Shown piece after piece: positions 48,275 through 57,562 of a stretch of DNA of 64,000 nucleotides. Location of the stretch: assembly GCA_965250285.1 (NCBI GenBank), contig OZ252299.1, positions 1,952,001 through 2,016,000 of the forward strand. Direction: 5' to 3'. The stretch comes from Myxococcota bacterium (GTDB taxonomy: Bacteria > Myxococcota_A > UBA9160 > UBA4427). The translations under genes were made by a program, and so were the position numbers. The notes under the pieces were generated by a model. It was not told the origin of the DNA, made no database searches, and saw only the letters and a list, made by a program, of their open reading frames with translations. How positions within the stretch are numbered: position 1 is the first letter of the stretch; the number at the start of each line of letters is the position of its first letter.

Positions 48275-50838
48275 GAGGGCGGATCCAGGATCAACCGTTC
48301 GCTCGAGGCCTCTTCGATCATGAGTCGACTGGTGAGCAGCACGCTCGGCCGTCCAGCCTTCCAACGCTCGATGCCGTCACTCGCGTTGGGATGGCGCGCG
48401 TGCTCGGACTGACCCGGCAGCAGGCTCGAGAGCAGCCGATCGGGGGCCGCGAGGTCGATGGCGATCATGTAGGTCGACGCCTCGACCGTCTCGAAGTTCG
48501 AGAGCAGGCGCGGCCGCGTCACGCGCGGCGTCGTGCCGTCGCCCCCGACCGAGACCTCGGCCGGCAGGCCCGGAATGCGGGCCCGCTCGTCGAAGCTCGC
48601 GAACGGGCGCAGGTGAAGGTGGTGGAGCCCGCCCCAGGACCAGTCGATGCGGCTCGGACCGAGGCGATAGCCGAGGCTCACCCAGGTCGCGCGCAGCGAC
48701 CGCCGCACGGCGCGCGTGATGCGCTCGACGTCGGTCCATCCGCCATCCATGCGCAGGCGATCCGCGGTGGTCACGATGCTCGTCACGATCGCGTGCGGGC
48801 GCGCGCCGGGCAGTGCCAGATAGCGATGCAGCAGATCGGGTCCGAGTGGGGCTTCGAAGAGCTCGACGATCAGATGGTCGAGCAGCATGTGCCACGCGGC
48901 GGCCCCGCGGCTCCCCGCATCGAGCCGCCCGTCCCAGCCCTCGAGGAGATCGAGGATCTCGGTGGCCTCGGCCGAGAGCGGCGGCCCCTCGCGTGCGAGT
49001 CGCCCGACCGAGACGATGAGCGGATGCCGCGGACCGATCCCCACCGAGGTCTGGACGGCGGCGGCGGCGCGCAGATCGACCTTCTCCCCCGTCGCTTCGC
49101 TGCGTGCGAGCAGTCCGCGCAGGGCGTCGCGCAGCACCTTCGCCTGTGCGTCGGCGCGCCACAGCCACTCGATGCGCCCACCCGCGAGATCGTCGTCGAG
49201 CGGGTTGTCGGCCGCGATGACCCAGTCGGCGCCCCTGCCCTCCTCGCTGCCGAGGCGCTGGGCCGGAAGCGCCAGGAAGTCGATCGGGACGCGCCAGTCG
49301 TAGACGGTCGTGCGGCCGGGCACGGGGACGAAGCCGCTCGGCAAGGGCCGGTACGGCAACCAACCCGCGAGCTGCATGCCGCCCTTGCCATCGACGTCCG
49401 CATGCACCACCGCAACGACCGGCTCGTGATGCGTCTCGAGCGCCTCGGTGATCTCGCCTGAGCTGCGCGCGCGCAGCATTGCGAGCAGCGACGTCATGCC
49501 GTCGCCGTCGCGCATGCCCGTCCACGCGAGCGCGAGGGCGTCGCGCTCGCGCCGCGCGCCGGCGGTCGCGCCCAGCGGCGTGAGCAGCTCGTTCACGATC
49601 GGCCCGTGCCGGGTCGACCGAACGGTGATCACCTCTTCGCGCGATCCGCCGTCGGGCGTCGCGACGACGATCGTCTCTTCGCGCTCGTCGAAGGGCACCC
49701 AGCGCCGGCCGTTCTGGTAGAGCCCCTTCTCGAGTCGCACCGACTCGCGGTAGAGATCGACGGTGACCGCGCGGCCGGGTGTGATCGCCCAGGCGACGTG
49801 CAGGCCGCGGCCCGCCCACACGATCGGCACGCCCGGCACCATGACGCCCGCGACCTCGAGCGAGCCCCCGCGCATGTGCAGCTCGTGCACCAGCGCCGGC
49901 AGGGTCGGCGGGAGCTGCAGATCGGCGACGAGAATGGGCGCGCCACTGCGCGTGCGGCGGCCCGACAAGACCCAGGCCGTCCCCCCGCCGACGGTCACGT
50001 TGCGGGCGAGGTCGATGCCCGTGGCGCGACCGGCGTCGGCCACCATCGGGCCCGCCTCGCCGCGGGCGCGCTCGAGGTCGGCCGGATTGGTCGGCGGCAC
50101 CTCGACGCCCTGCACCCCGAGCCCGGTCGGCTTGAACGGACGCGCGAGCACCCCCCCGAGCGACTGGATCAGGTCGTCCAGCACGAGGTTCGTCTCGAGC
50201 TGATTGCCCATGCCCCAGGCAATCAGCTTGAAGATCGCGAGCGAGTCGACCTCGCTCCAGGGTTCGAAGGTCTCGCGCGTCGTGTCGATGCCGTGGGGCG
50301 GCGTCGTCAGCTCGGCCCGGATCCGTGCCAGCCGCCCGTTCACGCCCTGCGCGTATCGGCGCAGCACCTCGCGCGTGTCTGGATCGAGATCGGCGAGCTG
50401 GCGCGCCGCGAGGCCGGCGAAGTCGATGGTGCGCGCGAGGCGATCTGCCCCGACGCCGGCTTCGCCGACGAGCTCGGCGGTCTGACCCCGGGCGAGCCGA
50501 CGCAGCCACAGCATCTGCTCCAGCCGATCCTGGGCATGGACGAAGCCGACGGCGATCCAGGCGTCCTCTTCGCGCAGCGCCTCGATGTGCGGAATGCCCC
50601 GGTCGTCGCGCAGCACCTCGACCGGCGCCTCGAGCCCGGGCAGCCCGAGCCGCCCGGTCGTCTGGGCGAACGCAGAGCGGGCCGCGCGCAGCTGATCGGC
50701 GCGCTGCAGTGCGACGGCGCCCGCCGCGACCAGAGCGACGATGCCGACGAGCACGACGGCGCCGACGCGCGCGAGCGCGCGATTGCGCAGCTCGGCGCGA
50801 CCCTCGTCGCTTCGATTCTCAGGTTGATCTCGACGCAC
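48271..50838 (-). CDS. Penicillin acylase-family (Ntn hydrolase) protein with N-terminal TM and degenerate active site
   Basis: RDDRGIPHI, GFVHAQDRLEQM, STRHGPIV, PGQSE; GGGTAW in place of GSNNW; start approximate. Confidence 0.85.
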   Translation of the reverse strand: MRRDQPENRSDEGRAELRNRALARVGAVVLVGIVALVAAGAVALQRADQLRAARSAFAQTTGRLGLPGLEAPVEVLRDDRGIPHIEALREEDAWIAVGFVHAQDRLEQMLWLRRLARGQTAELVGEAGVGADRLARTIDFAGLAARQLADLDPDTREVLRRYAQGVNGRLARIRAELTTPPHGIDTTRETFEPWSEVDSLAIFKLIAWGMGNQLETNLVLDDLIQSLGGVLARPFKPTGLGVQGVEVPPTNPADLERARGEAGPMVADAGRATGIDLARNVTVGGGTAWVLSGRRTRSGAPILVADLQLPPTLPALVHELHMRGGSLEVAGVMVPGVPIVWAGRGLHVAWAITPGRAVTVDLYRESVRLEKGLYQNGRRWVPFDEREETIVVATPDGGSREEVITVRSTRHGPIVNELLTPLGATAGARRERDALALAWTGMRDGDGMTSLLAMLRARSSGEITEALETHHEPVVAVVHADVDGKGGMQLAGWLPYRPLPSGFVPVPGRTTVYDWRVPIDFLALPAQRLGSEEGRGADWVIAADNPLDDDLAGGRIEWLWRADAQAKVLRDALRGLLARSEATGEKVDLRAAAAVQTSVGIGPRHPLIVSVGRLAREGPPLSAEATEILDLLEGWDGRLDAGSRGAAAWHMLLDHLIVELFEAPLGPDLLHRYLALPGARPHAIVTSIVTTADRLRMDGGWTDVERITRAVRRSLRATWVSLGYRLGPSRIDWSWGGLHHLHLRPFASFDERARIPGLPAEVSVGGDGTTPRVTRPRLLSNFETVEASTYMIAIDLAAPDRLLSSLLPGQSEHARHPNASDGIERWKAGRPSVLLTSRLMIEEASSERLILDPPS

Positions 50839-51000
50839 GGACCCCCCAGGGCCGAAATCGGGCCACTCAGTGTAGCGGCGCAATGGGCTCGGCCATTGAG
50901 GGCGTCGTGCCGCACCGGTACCCTGCCGCGCCCACGGCCCGCCCCTCGCGGGATCCCGCCTGGACGAAGCCGGTCGAGACCGGCCGAGGAGCTCGATCAC

Positions 51001-52194
51001 GTGCCGGTCCGATCGCTGAACGACCTGCTCGAGGCCGGCCCCGGGGTGACCGGGCGCCGCGTCTTCGTTCGGGCCGACCTGAACGTGCCGCTGAAGGCCG
51101 GGGGGATCACCGACGACACCCGCATCCGCGCGTCGCTCGGCACCCTGCAGCGCCTCGTCGATGCCGGTGCGCGCGTGATCGTCGCTTCACACCTCGGTCG
51201 GCCGAAGGGCCAGCCCAACCCCGCCCTCTCGCTCGCGCCGGTGGCCACGCGGCTCGGCGAGCTCCTCGGTCGCTCGGTGGCGTTCGCCCCCGACTGCGTC
51301 GGCCCCGAGGCCGAGAAGGCTGCGGCCGGGCTCGGCAACGGCGACGTGCTGCTGCTCGAGAACCTCCGCTTCCACAAGGGCGAGACCGACAACGACGAGG
51401 CCTTCGCCGCCGGCCTCGCGAAGCTGGCCGACGTGTACGTGAACGACGCGTTCGGCACGGCCCACCGTGCACACGCATCAACCGCGGGCATCGTCGCGCA
51501 CGTCGACGACGCCGCAGCCGGAGACCTGCTGGCCCGCGAGCTCGAGCGCCTCTCGGTCGTGCTCGAGCCCGAACGCCCCCTGCTCTGCCTGCTCGGTGGC
51601 GCCAAGGTGAGCGACAAGCTCGGCGTGCTCGAGGCGCTCGCGCCCCACGCCGACGCGCTCGCCGTCGGGGGCGCCATGGCGTACACGTTCCTCGCGGCCA
51701 GGGGCGAGCCCGTCGGCCAGTCGCTGGTCGAGCCCGATCGCATCGACGACGCGAAGCGCGTGATGGCGGCCGCCGAGGCGAGCGGCCGCGCGCTGCTGCT
51801 GCCCAGCGATCACGTCGTGGCCGCCGCATTCGATGCGCCGGAGACCGCCGAGACGGTGACGACGATCCCCGACGACAAGATGGGCCTCGACATCGGCCCG
51901 GCGACGGCCGCGCGCTATGCCGAAGCCGCAGCCGGCGCGCGCACGATCTTGTGGAACGGCCCGATGGGCGTGTTCGAAGAGCCTGCCTTTGCGGGCGGTA
52001 CGCGCACGGTCGCCCAGGGCGTCGCCGACAGCACCGCGACGAGCGTCGTCGGCGGCGGCGATTCGCTGGCGGCGATCAACCAGCTCGGCCTCGGCGACCG
52101 CATCGGCCACATGTCGACCGGCGGCGGCGCCTCCCTCGAGTTCGTGCAGGGCCTGACGCTGCCGGGCGTCGCCGCCCTCGAACGGAAGGCCTAG
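51001..52194 (+). CDS. pgk: Phosphoglycerate kinase
   Basis: RADLNVP, SHLGRP, LENLRF, NDAFGTAHRAH, GGAKVSDK, STGGGASLE. Confidence 0.97.
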   Translation: MPVRSLNDLLEAGPGVTGRRVFVRADLNVPLKAGGITDDTRIRASLGTLQRLVDAGARVIVASHLGRPKGQPNPALSLAPVATRLGELLGRSVAFAPDCVGPEAEKAAAGLGNGDVLLLENLRFHKGETDNDEAFAAGLAKLADVYVNDAFGTAHRAHASTAGIVAHVDDAAAGDLLARELERLSVVLEPERPLLCLLGGAKVSDKLGVLEALAPHADALAVGGAMAYTFLAARGEPVGQSLVEPDRIDDAKRVMAAAEASGRALLLPSDHVVAAAFDAPETAETVTTIPDDKMGLDIGPATAARYAEAAAGARTILWNGPMGVFEEPAFAGGTRTVAQGVADSTATSVVGGGDSLAAINQLGLGDRIGHMSTGGGASLEFVQGLTLPGVAALERKA

Positions 52195-52196
52195 CG

Positions 52197-52964
52197 ATGC
52201 GACGACCGTTCATCGCAGCGAACTGGAAGATGCACATGACGCTCGCCGAGGCCCTCGCCTTCGCCGAGCGGTTCAGCGCCCTGGTCGACGCCGAGATCGC
52301 GACCGACGTGGCGATCGCACCGCCGGCCGGGCTCATTGCCCCGCTCGCCCAGGCCCTCAAGGATCGGTCCGACATCGCGCTGGCTGCCCAGAACGTCCAC
52401 TGGGAACCGAGCGGCGCCTTCACGGGCGAGATGGCCCCCGAGCTGGCGGCCGACCTCGGCTGCCGCTGGGCCATCGTCGGCCACAGCGAGCGCCGCACCC
52501 TGTTCGGCGAGACCGACGCGCAGGTCGCTAGCAAGGTGCAGGCCGCGCGGCGCGCCGGGCTTGGCGTGATCCTCTGCGTCGGCGAGTCGCTCGAAGAGCG
52601 CGAGGCGGGCGAGACGACGCAGGTCGTCGCCCGCCAGATCGAGGCCGCCACCACCGGCCTCGACGCTGACGCGGCGGCCTCGTTGGTGATAGCCTACGAG
52701 CCCGTCTGGGCGATCGGAACCGGTCGCACCGCCACCCCCGACACGGCGCAAGAGGTTCACGCGTTCATCCGCGAGCGGATGGCCGACCGCCTCGGTCCCG
52801 TCGGTCGCGAGGTGCGAATCCAGTACGGGGGTTCGGTCAAGCCCGGCAATGCCGCGAGCCTGCTCGCCGAGCCCGACATCGACGGAGCCCTGGTCGGCGG
52901 CGCGAGCCTCGACGCCCAGGACTTCGCCAAGATCGTTCATGCCGGAGGAGAGACCGCCCGATGA
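52197..52964 (+). CDS. tpiA: Triosephosphate isomerase
   Basis: ANWKM, GHSERR, AYEPVWAIGTG, YGGSV, LVGGASL. Confidence 0.97.
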   Translation: MRRPFIAANWKMHMTLAEALAFAERFSALVDAEIATDVAIAPPAGLIAPLAQALKDRSDIALAAQNVHWEPSGAFTGEMAPELAADLGCRWAIVGHSERRTLFGETDAQVASKVQAARRAGLGVILCVGESLEEREAGETTQVVARQIEAATTGLDADAAASLVIAYEPVWAIGTGRTATPDTAQEVHAFIRERMADRLGPVGREVRIQYGGSVKPGNAASLLAEPDIDGALVGGASLDAQDFAKIVHAGGETAR

Positions 52965-52990
52965 GGCGCTCTTCTCTCTAGGAGTCCCAC

Positions 52991-53416
52991 GTGACCACGT
53001 TCCTCTACGTCCTTCACTTCATGGTCTGCTTCGTGCTGATCACCGTCGTGCTGCTGCAACGCGGCAAGGGCAGTGACCTCGGTGCGGCGCTCGGGGGCGG
53101 CGGCAGCAACACCGTCTTCGGCGCCCGCGGTGCGGCGAACTTCCTCACCCGCGTGACCACGGCCGCGGCGATCATCTTCATGGGCACGAGCCTGTCGCTG
53201 GCCTACTTCGCGACGGAGGACGCCGACGTGCGGCTGTTCGATGCGAGTGAGGTCGCCGAAGAGACCGCCGAAACGACTGCGGCCGCCGAAGCCGTGGCCG
53301 ACGAGGCCGCCGAAGCCGACTCGACCGGGCAGCTCGAAGAGATCGATCCCGCGGCGAACACGCTGCAGGAGATCCCGCCGCCCGAGCCCGCCGCGTCGGA
53401 AGAAGCCGAGCAGTAG
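52991..53416 (+). CDS. secG: Preprotein translocase subunit SecG
   Basis: VLLQRGKGSDLGAALGGG..TVFG..G..NFLTRVT; follows tpiA. Confidence 0.93.
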   Translation: MTTFLYVLHFMVCFVLITVVLLQRGKGSDLGAALGGGGSNTVFGARGAANFLTRVTTAAAIIFMGTSLSLAYFATEDADVRLFDASEVAEETAETTAAAEAVADEAAEADSTGQLEEIDPAANTLQEIPPPEPAASEEAEQ

Positions 53417-53599
53417 GCAAGAAACGCAGCCGCTGGATTTCGTGGCGAGGCCGGGCGGCTCGTGTAGAATCCGGCGCCCCGGACACCTCGGTGCCCTGGG
53501 AACCCTCTGCTCCCAGCGAGGTCGAGCCCGACTCGGCTTGGCTGGAACGCACCTCGGGCATCAGTCCGGGTGACGAGAGCGACAGCGCAGACACCGCGT

Positions 53600-53686
53600 G
53601 CGGCGGTGGCGGAATTGGTAGACGCGCCAGCTTGAGGGGCTGGTGGGGGCAACCCCGTGGAGGTTCAAATCCTCTCCGCCGCACCA
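53600..53686 (+). tRNA. tRNA-Leu (GAG)
   Basis: GCGGCGG acceptor, ccagc-TTGAGGG-gctgg anticodon arm, long variable arm, GTTCAAATC, CCA; typical position after secG. Confidence 0.97.
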
Positions 53687-53731
53687 GTCGGCGCGCTGTC
53701 GCCCCGCTCACGTTCGTGAGACGGCTTTCGA

Positions 53732-53759
53732 TCAAGTCCAGCTTCAGTTCGTCCGATCC
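53732..53759 (+). promoter_or_regulatory. Putative sigma-28-type promoter TCAA-N16-TCCGATCC
   Basis: TCAA gtccagcttcagttcg TCCGATCC, 88 nt before ATG 53847. Confidence 0.45.
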
Positions 53760-53846
53760 AGTGGAACGCCGCGTGGCGTTCCGGGACGGAGCGCTGCCGG
53801 CCTCGCCGCCAGCCCGTCTTCGACCCGGCGGCCACCGGAGGATCGG

Positions 53847-54761
53847 ATGAGACTCTCGACGACGCTTCGCACGCGCACCGCCCGGGCGCTCGCCCTCGCT
53901 GCGCTCATGACGCTCGTGGCTCCGACCGTGCTCGCCAAGGAGAACGGTTACATCGAAGAGGAGCCCATTGGCTTCGACTGGCAGTTCGGCCCTGCCGTGG
54001 CGCAGCTGGGAGACGGTCTTGCCGAGATCCAGATCCCCGACGGTTACATGGCGCTCGGTCGCTCGGAGACCCAGCGGCTGATGGAGTACCTCGAGAACCC
54101 GGTGAACGGCACCGAGGTCGGCACCATCGCGCCGGCCGACGAGGACACCAACTGGTTCATCGTGTTCGAGTGGGACGACATCGGTTACGTCGAGGACGAC
54201 GACCACGAAGCCATCGACGCCGATGCGCTGCTCAGCTCGATTCGCGAGGGCACCGACGCGGCCAACGAAGAGCGCGCGAAGCGCGGCTGGGCCACGATGG
54301 AGATCGTCGGCTGGCAGGAAGAACCGCACTACGACGACGAATCACAGAACCTGACGTGGGCCGTGCTCGGCCGCTCGGGCGGCCACGACAACGTGAACCG
54401 CATCATGAAGCTCCTCGGTCGCCGCGGCGTCATGACGGCGACGCTGGTGTCGGATACGCGCATCCTGCCCGTCGCTTCGGTCGAGACCGATCAGCTGCTG
54501 GCGAACTTCCGCTTCAAGCAGGGCCACACCTATGCGGAGTACATCCCCGGCACCGACAAGCTCGCCGAGATCGGCCTGGCTGCCCTCATCGTGGGCGGCG
54601 CCGGCGCCGCGCTGGTGCAGACCGGTCTGCTCGCGCGCTTCTGGAAGGTGATCCTCGCCGGCCTCGCGGCCGTCGGCGGCGGCATCGCCAAGCTCTTCGG
54701 CGGCGGCAAGAGCGAGACCTACGCCGGCGAGAGCGGAGAGCATCCCGGCAAGATCGGGTAG
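53847..54761 (+). CDS. DUF2167-family membrane-anchored protein
   Basis: ATG after GGAGGA; signal peptide; GYVED, GWQEEPHYD, LLGRRGV, DKLAEIGLAALI, C-terminal TM. Confidence 0.8.
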   Translation: MRLSTTLRTRTARALALAALMTLVAPTVLAKENGYIEEEPIGFDWQFGPAVAQLGDGLAEIQIPDGYMALGRSETQRLMEYLENPVNGTEVGTIAPADEDTNWFIVFEWDDIGYVEDDDHEAIDADALLSSIREGTDAANEERAKRGWATMEIVGWQEEPHYDDESQNLTWAVLGRSGGHDNVNRIMKLLGRRGVMTATLVSDTRILPVASVETDQLLANFRFKQGHTYAEYIPGTDKLAEIGLAALIVGGAGAALVQTGLLARFWKVILAGLAAVGGGIAKLFGGGKSETYAGESGEHPGKIG

Positions 54762-54782
54762 CCCGACGCCGGGCCCCACCCC

Positions 54783-55853
54783 ATGGAGCTCTGGCTCACC
54801 TTCATTGCACTCTACGCCTGGCAGTGCCTGGTGTGGCTGCGCGTGCCGTCGGCGGTGTTCGGGCCGCGCTGGCTGGGCGCCGACGATCTGCAGCGCACCG
54901 GGGTTCAGGCGCTCTCGCCCTGGCCTTCGACCCTCGGCGCCATTGCCTCGCCGATCCCCTTCGCGCTCGTCTCGAACGACTGTGACGCCGACGCGATCGT
55001 GCTGCGCCGCAGCGACGACATCGAGACCGCCCCACCGCTCGCGCTCGACGGGCTCGAGCTCGAGCGCCGCGGCGCCAAGGTCGTCGCCCACGGTCGCGCG
55101 ATCCTCGTCGCGCCGTCGAAGACCGCGGCGCGCCATTGGTGCACAGCGATCGCGGCCGTCGCGAACGCTGCGCCCGCAGAACGCACGGCGGTCTATGCCC
55201 GAGAGATCGGCCACTCACTCGACGCCGACGCCCTTCGTGATCGGCTGACCGCCGCGCGGCGCGCGACGCGCTGGCTCGGCCTCGTCTGCGACGTCGATCT
55301 GCTCTTTCTGCTGGCGGGGGTGCCCGCGCTCGGGCTGCTCTTCGGCAGCGAATATGCGCTCGCGATCTCGCTCCCGGCGCTGGCGGGCCTGCACGTGTTG
55401 GGCGTCGTGCTCGCCTTCTTCGTCCACCGCCGGCTGTTTCCCGATCGGCGCGGCGAACGCGCCGAAGAGCTGTTCATGGCCGCGCTCTACCCCCCCGCAC
55501 TGCTGCGCCGGCCCGCCGCGTGGGTCGACGCTGCAGTGACCGGCTTCCACCCGCTGGCCTGGGCCCGGGTCGCGTTGCCCGAAAACGAAGCGAAGCGGGT
55601 GTGGATGCGCGAGCGCGCGCGACTCGAAGGCGAAGCCGCGCGTCGCAGCGATGAGAGCCCCGCGCTCTGCGCCGAGCGCGAGGCCATCGAGGCGCGTTGG
55701 CCGAGCACATGGAGCCAGCCGCAGACCCGCGCGCGGGTCGATCCGCTCGCCGAGAGCTACTGCCCGGTCTGCTGGGACGACTTCAGAAGCGGCTTCGACC
55801 ACTGCCGCAGCTGCAACGCCGAAACGATCCCCTACGAGAAGGCCGCCAGCTGA
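54783..55853 (+). CDS. Hypothetical membrane protein with C-terminal zinc ribbon
   Basis: Hydrophobic segments; terminal YCPVC-x10-CRSC. Confidence 0.7.
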   Translation: MELWLTFIALYAWQCLVWLRVPSAVFGPRWLGADDLQRTGVQALSPWPSTLGAIASPIPFALVSNDCDADAIVLRRSDDIETAPPLALDGLELERRGAKVVAHGRAILVAPSKTAARHWCTAIAAVANAAPAERTAVYAREIGHSLDADALRDRLTAARRATRWLGLVCDVDLLFLLAGVPALGLLFGSEYALAISLPALAGLHVLGVVLAFFVHRRLFPDRRGERAEELFMAALYPPALLRRPAAWVDAAVTGFHPLAWARVALPENEAKRVWMRERARLEGEAARRSDESPALCAEREAIEARWPSTWSQPQTRARVDPLAESYCPVCWDDFRSGFDHCRSCNAETIPYEKAAS

Positions 55854-55870
55854 GCCCAGATCGGGCTCAG
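55850..55870. terminator. Hairpin containing both convergent stop codons
   Basis: CTGAGCCC-agatc-GGGCTCAG perfect inverted repeat. Confidence 0.45.
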
Positions 55871-56745
55871 GGCTCGAGCGGCGGCCAGCGGCCGGCGAGC
55901 GGTCGTGCGTCGCCGAGTTCGGTCTCGACTCGGAACGTCTCGTCGGCCGGTCCGGCGTCGAGCGCATGGCGCAATAGAAACACGCCGGTTGCCGGGTCGA
56001 AGAGCCCCACACGATCGGCCCCGATGCCCCGCCAGTCGCCCACCACCGGCTGCAGCCCACGTCCAGGGGGGCCGAACACGAACGCCACCTCGGCGACGCC
56101 CGTGTCGAACCGATTCGTCAAGTGGAACACGCCGCCGCGCGGATCGTAGAGCCCGATGCCATCGCGACCGTCGCCGTCCCAGTCGCCGGCGATCGCGATC
56201 CAATCGGAGCGCGGCGGCCCGAACATGAAGGTGTGATCGGGCGGGCTGGTGATGCGCGCGTCGGTCAGATGAAAAGATGCATCGGTGCGCACGAACACCC
56301 CGAACGTGTCCACACCGTCGCCGTTCCAGTCGCCGACGATCGGTTCGGGCGCCCAGAGCGGATCACCGAAGGCCACGCGTCGATCCTCGGGGCCGGGCCC
56401 GAGCTCGTTGCGCAGCAAGAACACCGACTGATCGGCGCGGTAGACGCCCAGGGTGTCGAACCCGTCGCCGTTCCAGTCGCCGGCAATCGCACGCTCGCCG
56501 GGGCCGCGGCCGAAGACGAAGCGTGCCCCGGGCGGGCCCGCGCGGCGCAGCCGCCAGATCTCGAAATGCGCCGCGGTGCCATGCAGTGCGAGGCCGACCA
56601 CGGGGCGCACGACCGGAGGCGCCGAGACGGCCGGCGCCGAATCGCGCGGCGCGGCATCGGTGTCGCGGCAGCCGGCGAGCCCCGCGATGCAACCGACCGC
56701 GAAGAGCCCAGCGAGCACGCACCTTTCGAAGAGAGCCCCCCGCAC
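55867..56745 (-). CDS. Probable lipoprotein with GDWNGDG (FG-GAP/VCBS-like) repeats; start approximate
   Basis: Lipobox LAGC; four repeats of (A/V)GDW(N/D/R)G(D/I)GxDxxG. Confidence 0.75.
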   Translation of the reverse strand: MRGALFERCVLAGLFAVGCIAGLAGCRDTDAAPRDSAPAVSAPPVVRPVVGLALHGTAAHFEIWRLRRAGPPGARFVFGRGPGERAIAGDWNGDGFDTLGVYRADQSVFLLRNELGPGPEDRRVAFGDPLWAPEPIVGDWNGDGVDTFGVFVRTDASFHLTDARITSPPDHTFMFGPPRSDWIAIAGDWDGDGRDGIGLYDPRGGVFHLTNRFDTGVAEVAFVFGPPGRGLQPVVGDWRGIGADRVGLFDPATGVFLLRHALDAGPADETFRVETELGDARPLAGRWPPLEP

Positions 56746-56753
56746 GATCGGCC

Positions 56754-57530
56754 TCAGACGATCGTCCAGCCGCCGTCGACGGCGAGCACCTGACCGGTCA
56801 CGAAGCTCGACGCATCGCTCGCGAGGTAGAGCAGCGCGCCATCGAGCTCGCCGGCGTGCCCCGACCGGCCCATCGGCGTCCGCCCGGCCATCCACTTCTC
56901 GGAACGCTCGTCGCCGAACATGTCCCCCGTCATCTCGCTCTCGAACCAGCCCGGCGCGATCGCGTTGACCCGCACACCGCGGCGCGCCCACTGGGCCGCG
57001 AGCTCACGGGTCAGATTGATGACGGCGCCCTTCGACGCGGCGTACGAAGCCTGGGGAATCTGCCCCGAGCCGACGAGCCCCAGGATGCTCGCGACGTTGA
57101 CGATGCTGCCCGACTGTTGCCCGAGCATCACGCGACCGAAACGCTGCGCGCAGAAGAAGACGCCGTCGAGGTTCGTCGAGACGACGCGGCGCCAGATGTC
57201 GGTCGTCTCGTCTTCGGCGGCGACCACCTCGGTGATGCCGGCATTGTTGACCAGCACGTCGACCCGGCCATGCGCCCCGACGACGGCGTCGACGAGGGCA
57301 TCGACGTCGGACTCGACCGCCACATCGCACGCGACGGGGACGACCTCGGCCCCGGCCTGCACGAGCTCGTCGGCAAGCGATTCGAGCCGATCGACCCGAC
57401 GGGCCGTGATGACGACGCGCGCGCCGACGCCGGCGAGCGCCCGCGCCAGCTGGGCGCCCAGTCCGGCCGAGGCACCGGTCACGACCGCAACACGACCCTC
57501 GAGATCGAACAGCGCGTTCGCGTCACGCAA
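56754..57530 (-). CDS. Short-chain dehydrogenase/reductase
   Basis: TTG start after GAGAGG; TGASAGLG, NNAG, YAASK, NAIAPG, VDGG. Confidence 0.93.
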   Translation of the reverse strand: MRDANALFDLEGRVAVVTGASAGLGAQLARALAGVGARVVITARRVDRLESLADELVQAGAEVVPVACDVAVESDVDALVDAVVGAHGRVDVLVNNAGITEVVAAEDETTDIWRRVVSTNLDGVFFCAQRFGRVMLGQQSGSIVNVASILGLVGSGQIPQASYAASKGAVINLTRELAAQWARRGVRVNAIAPGWFESEMTGDMFGDERSEKWMAGRTPMGRSGHAGELDGALLYLASDASSFVTGQVLAVDGGWTIV

Positions 57531-57562
57531 GATCGACCGACCTCTCGCATGCCGTCTCGAGG

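Noticed and set aside
47189..50838. imuA-imuB-dnaE2 mutasome cassette or pseudogenes
   Set aside because: There is no imuA or dnaE2 in the window, and both frames are full-length without stops or frameshifts.
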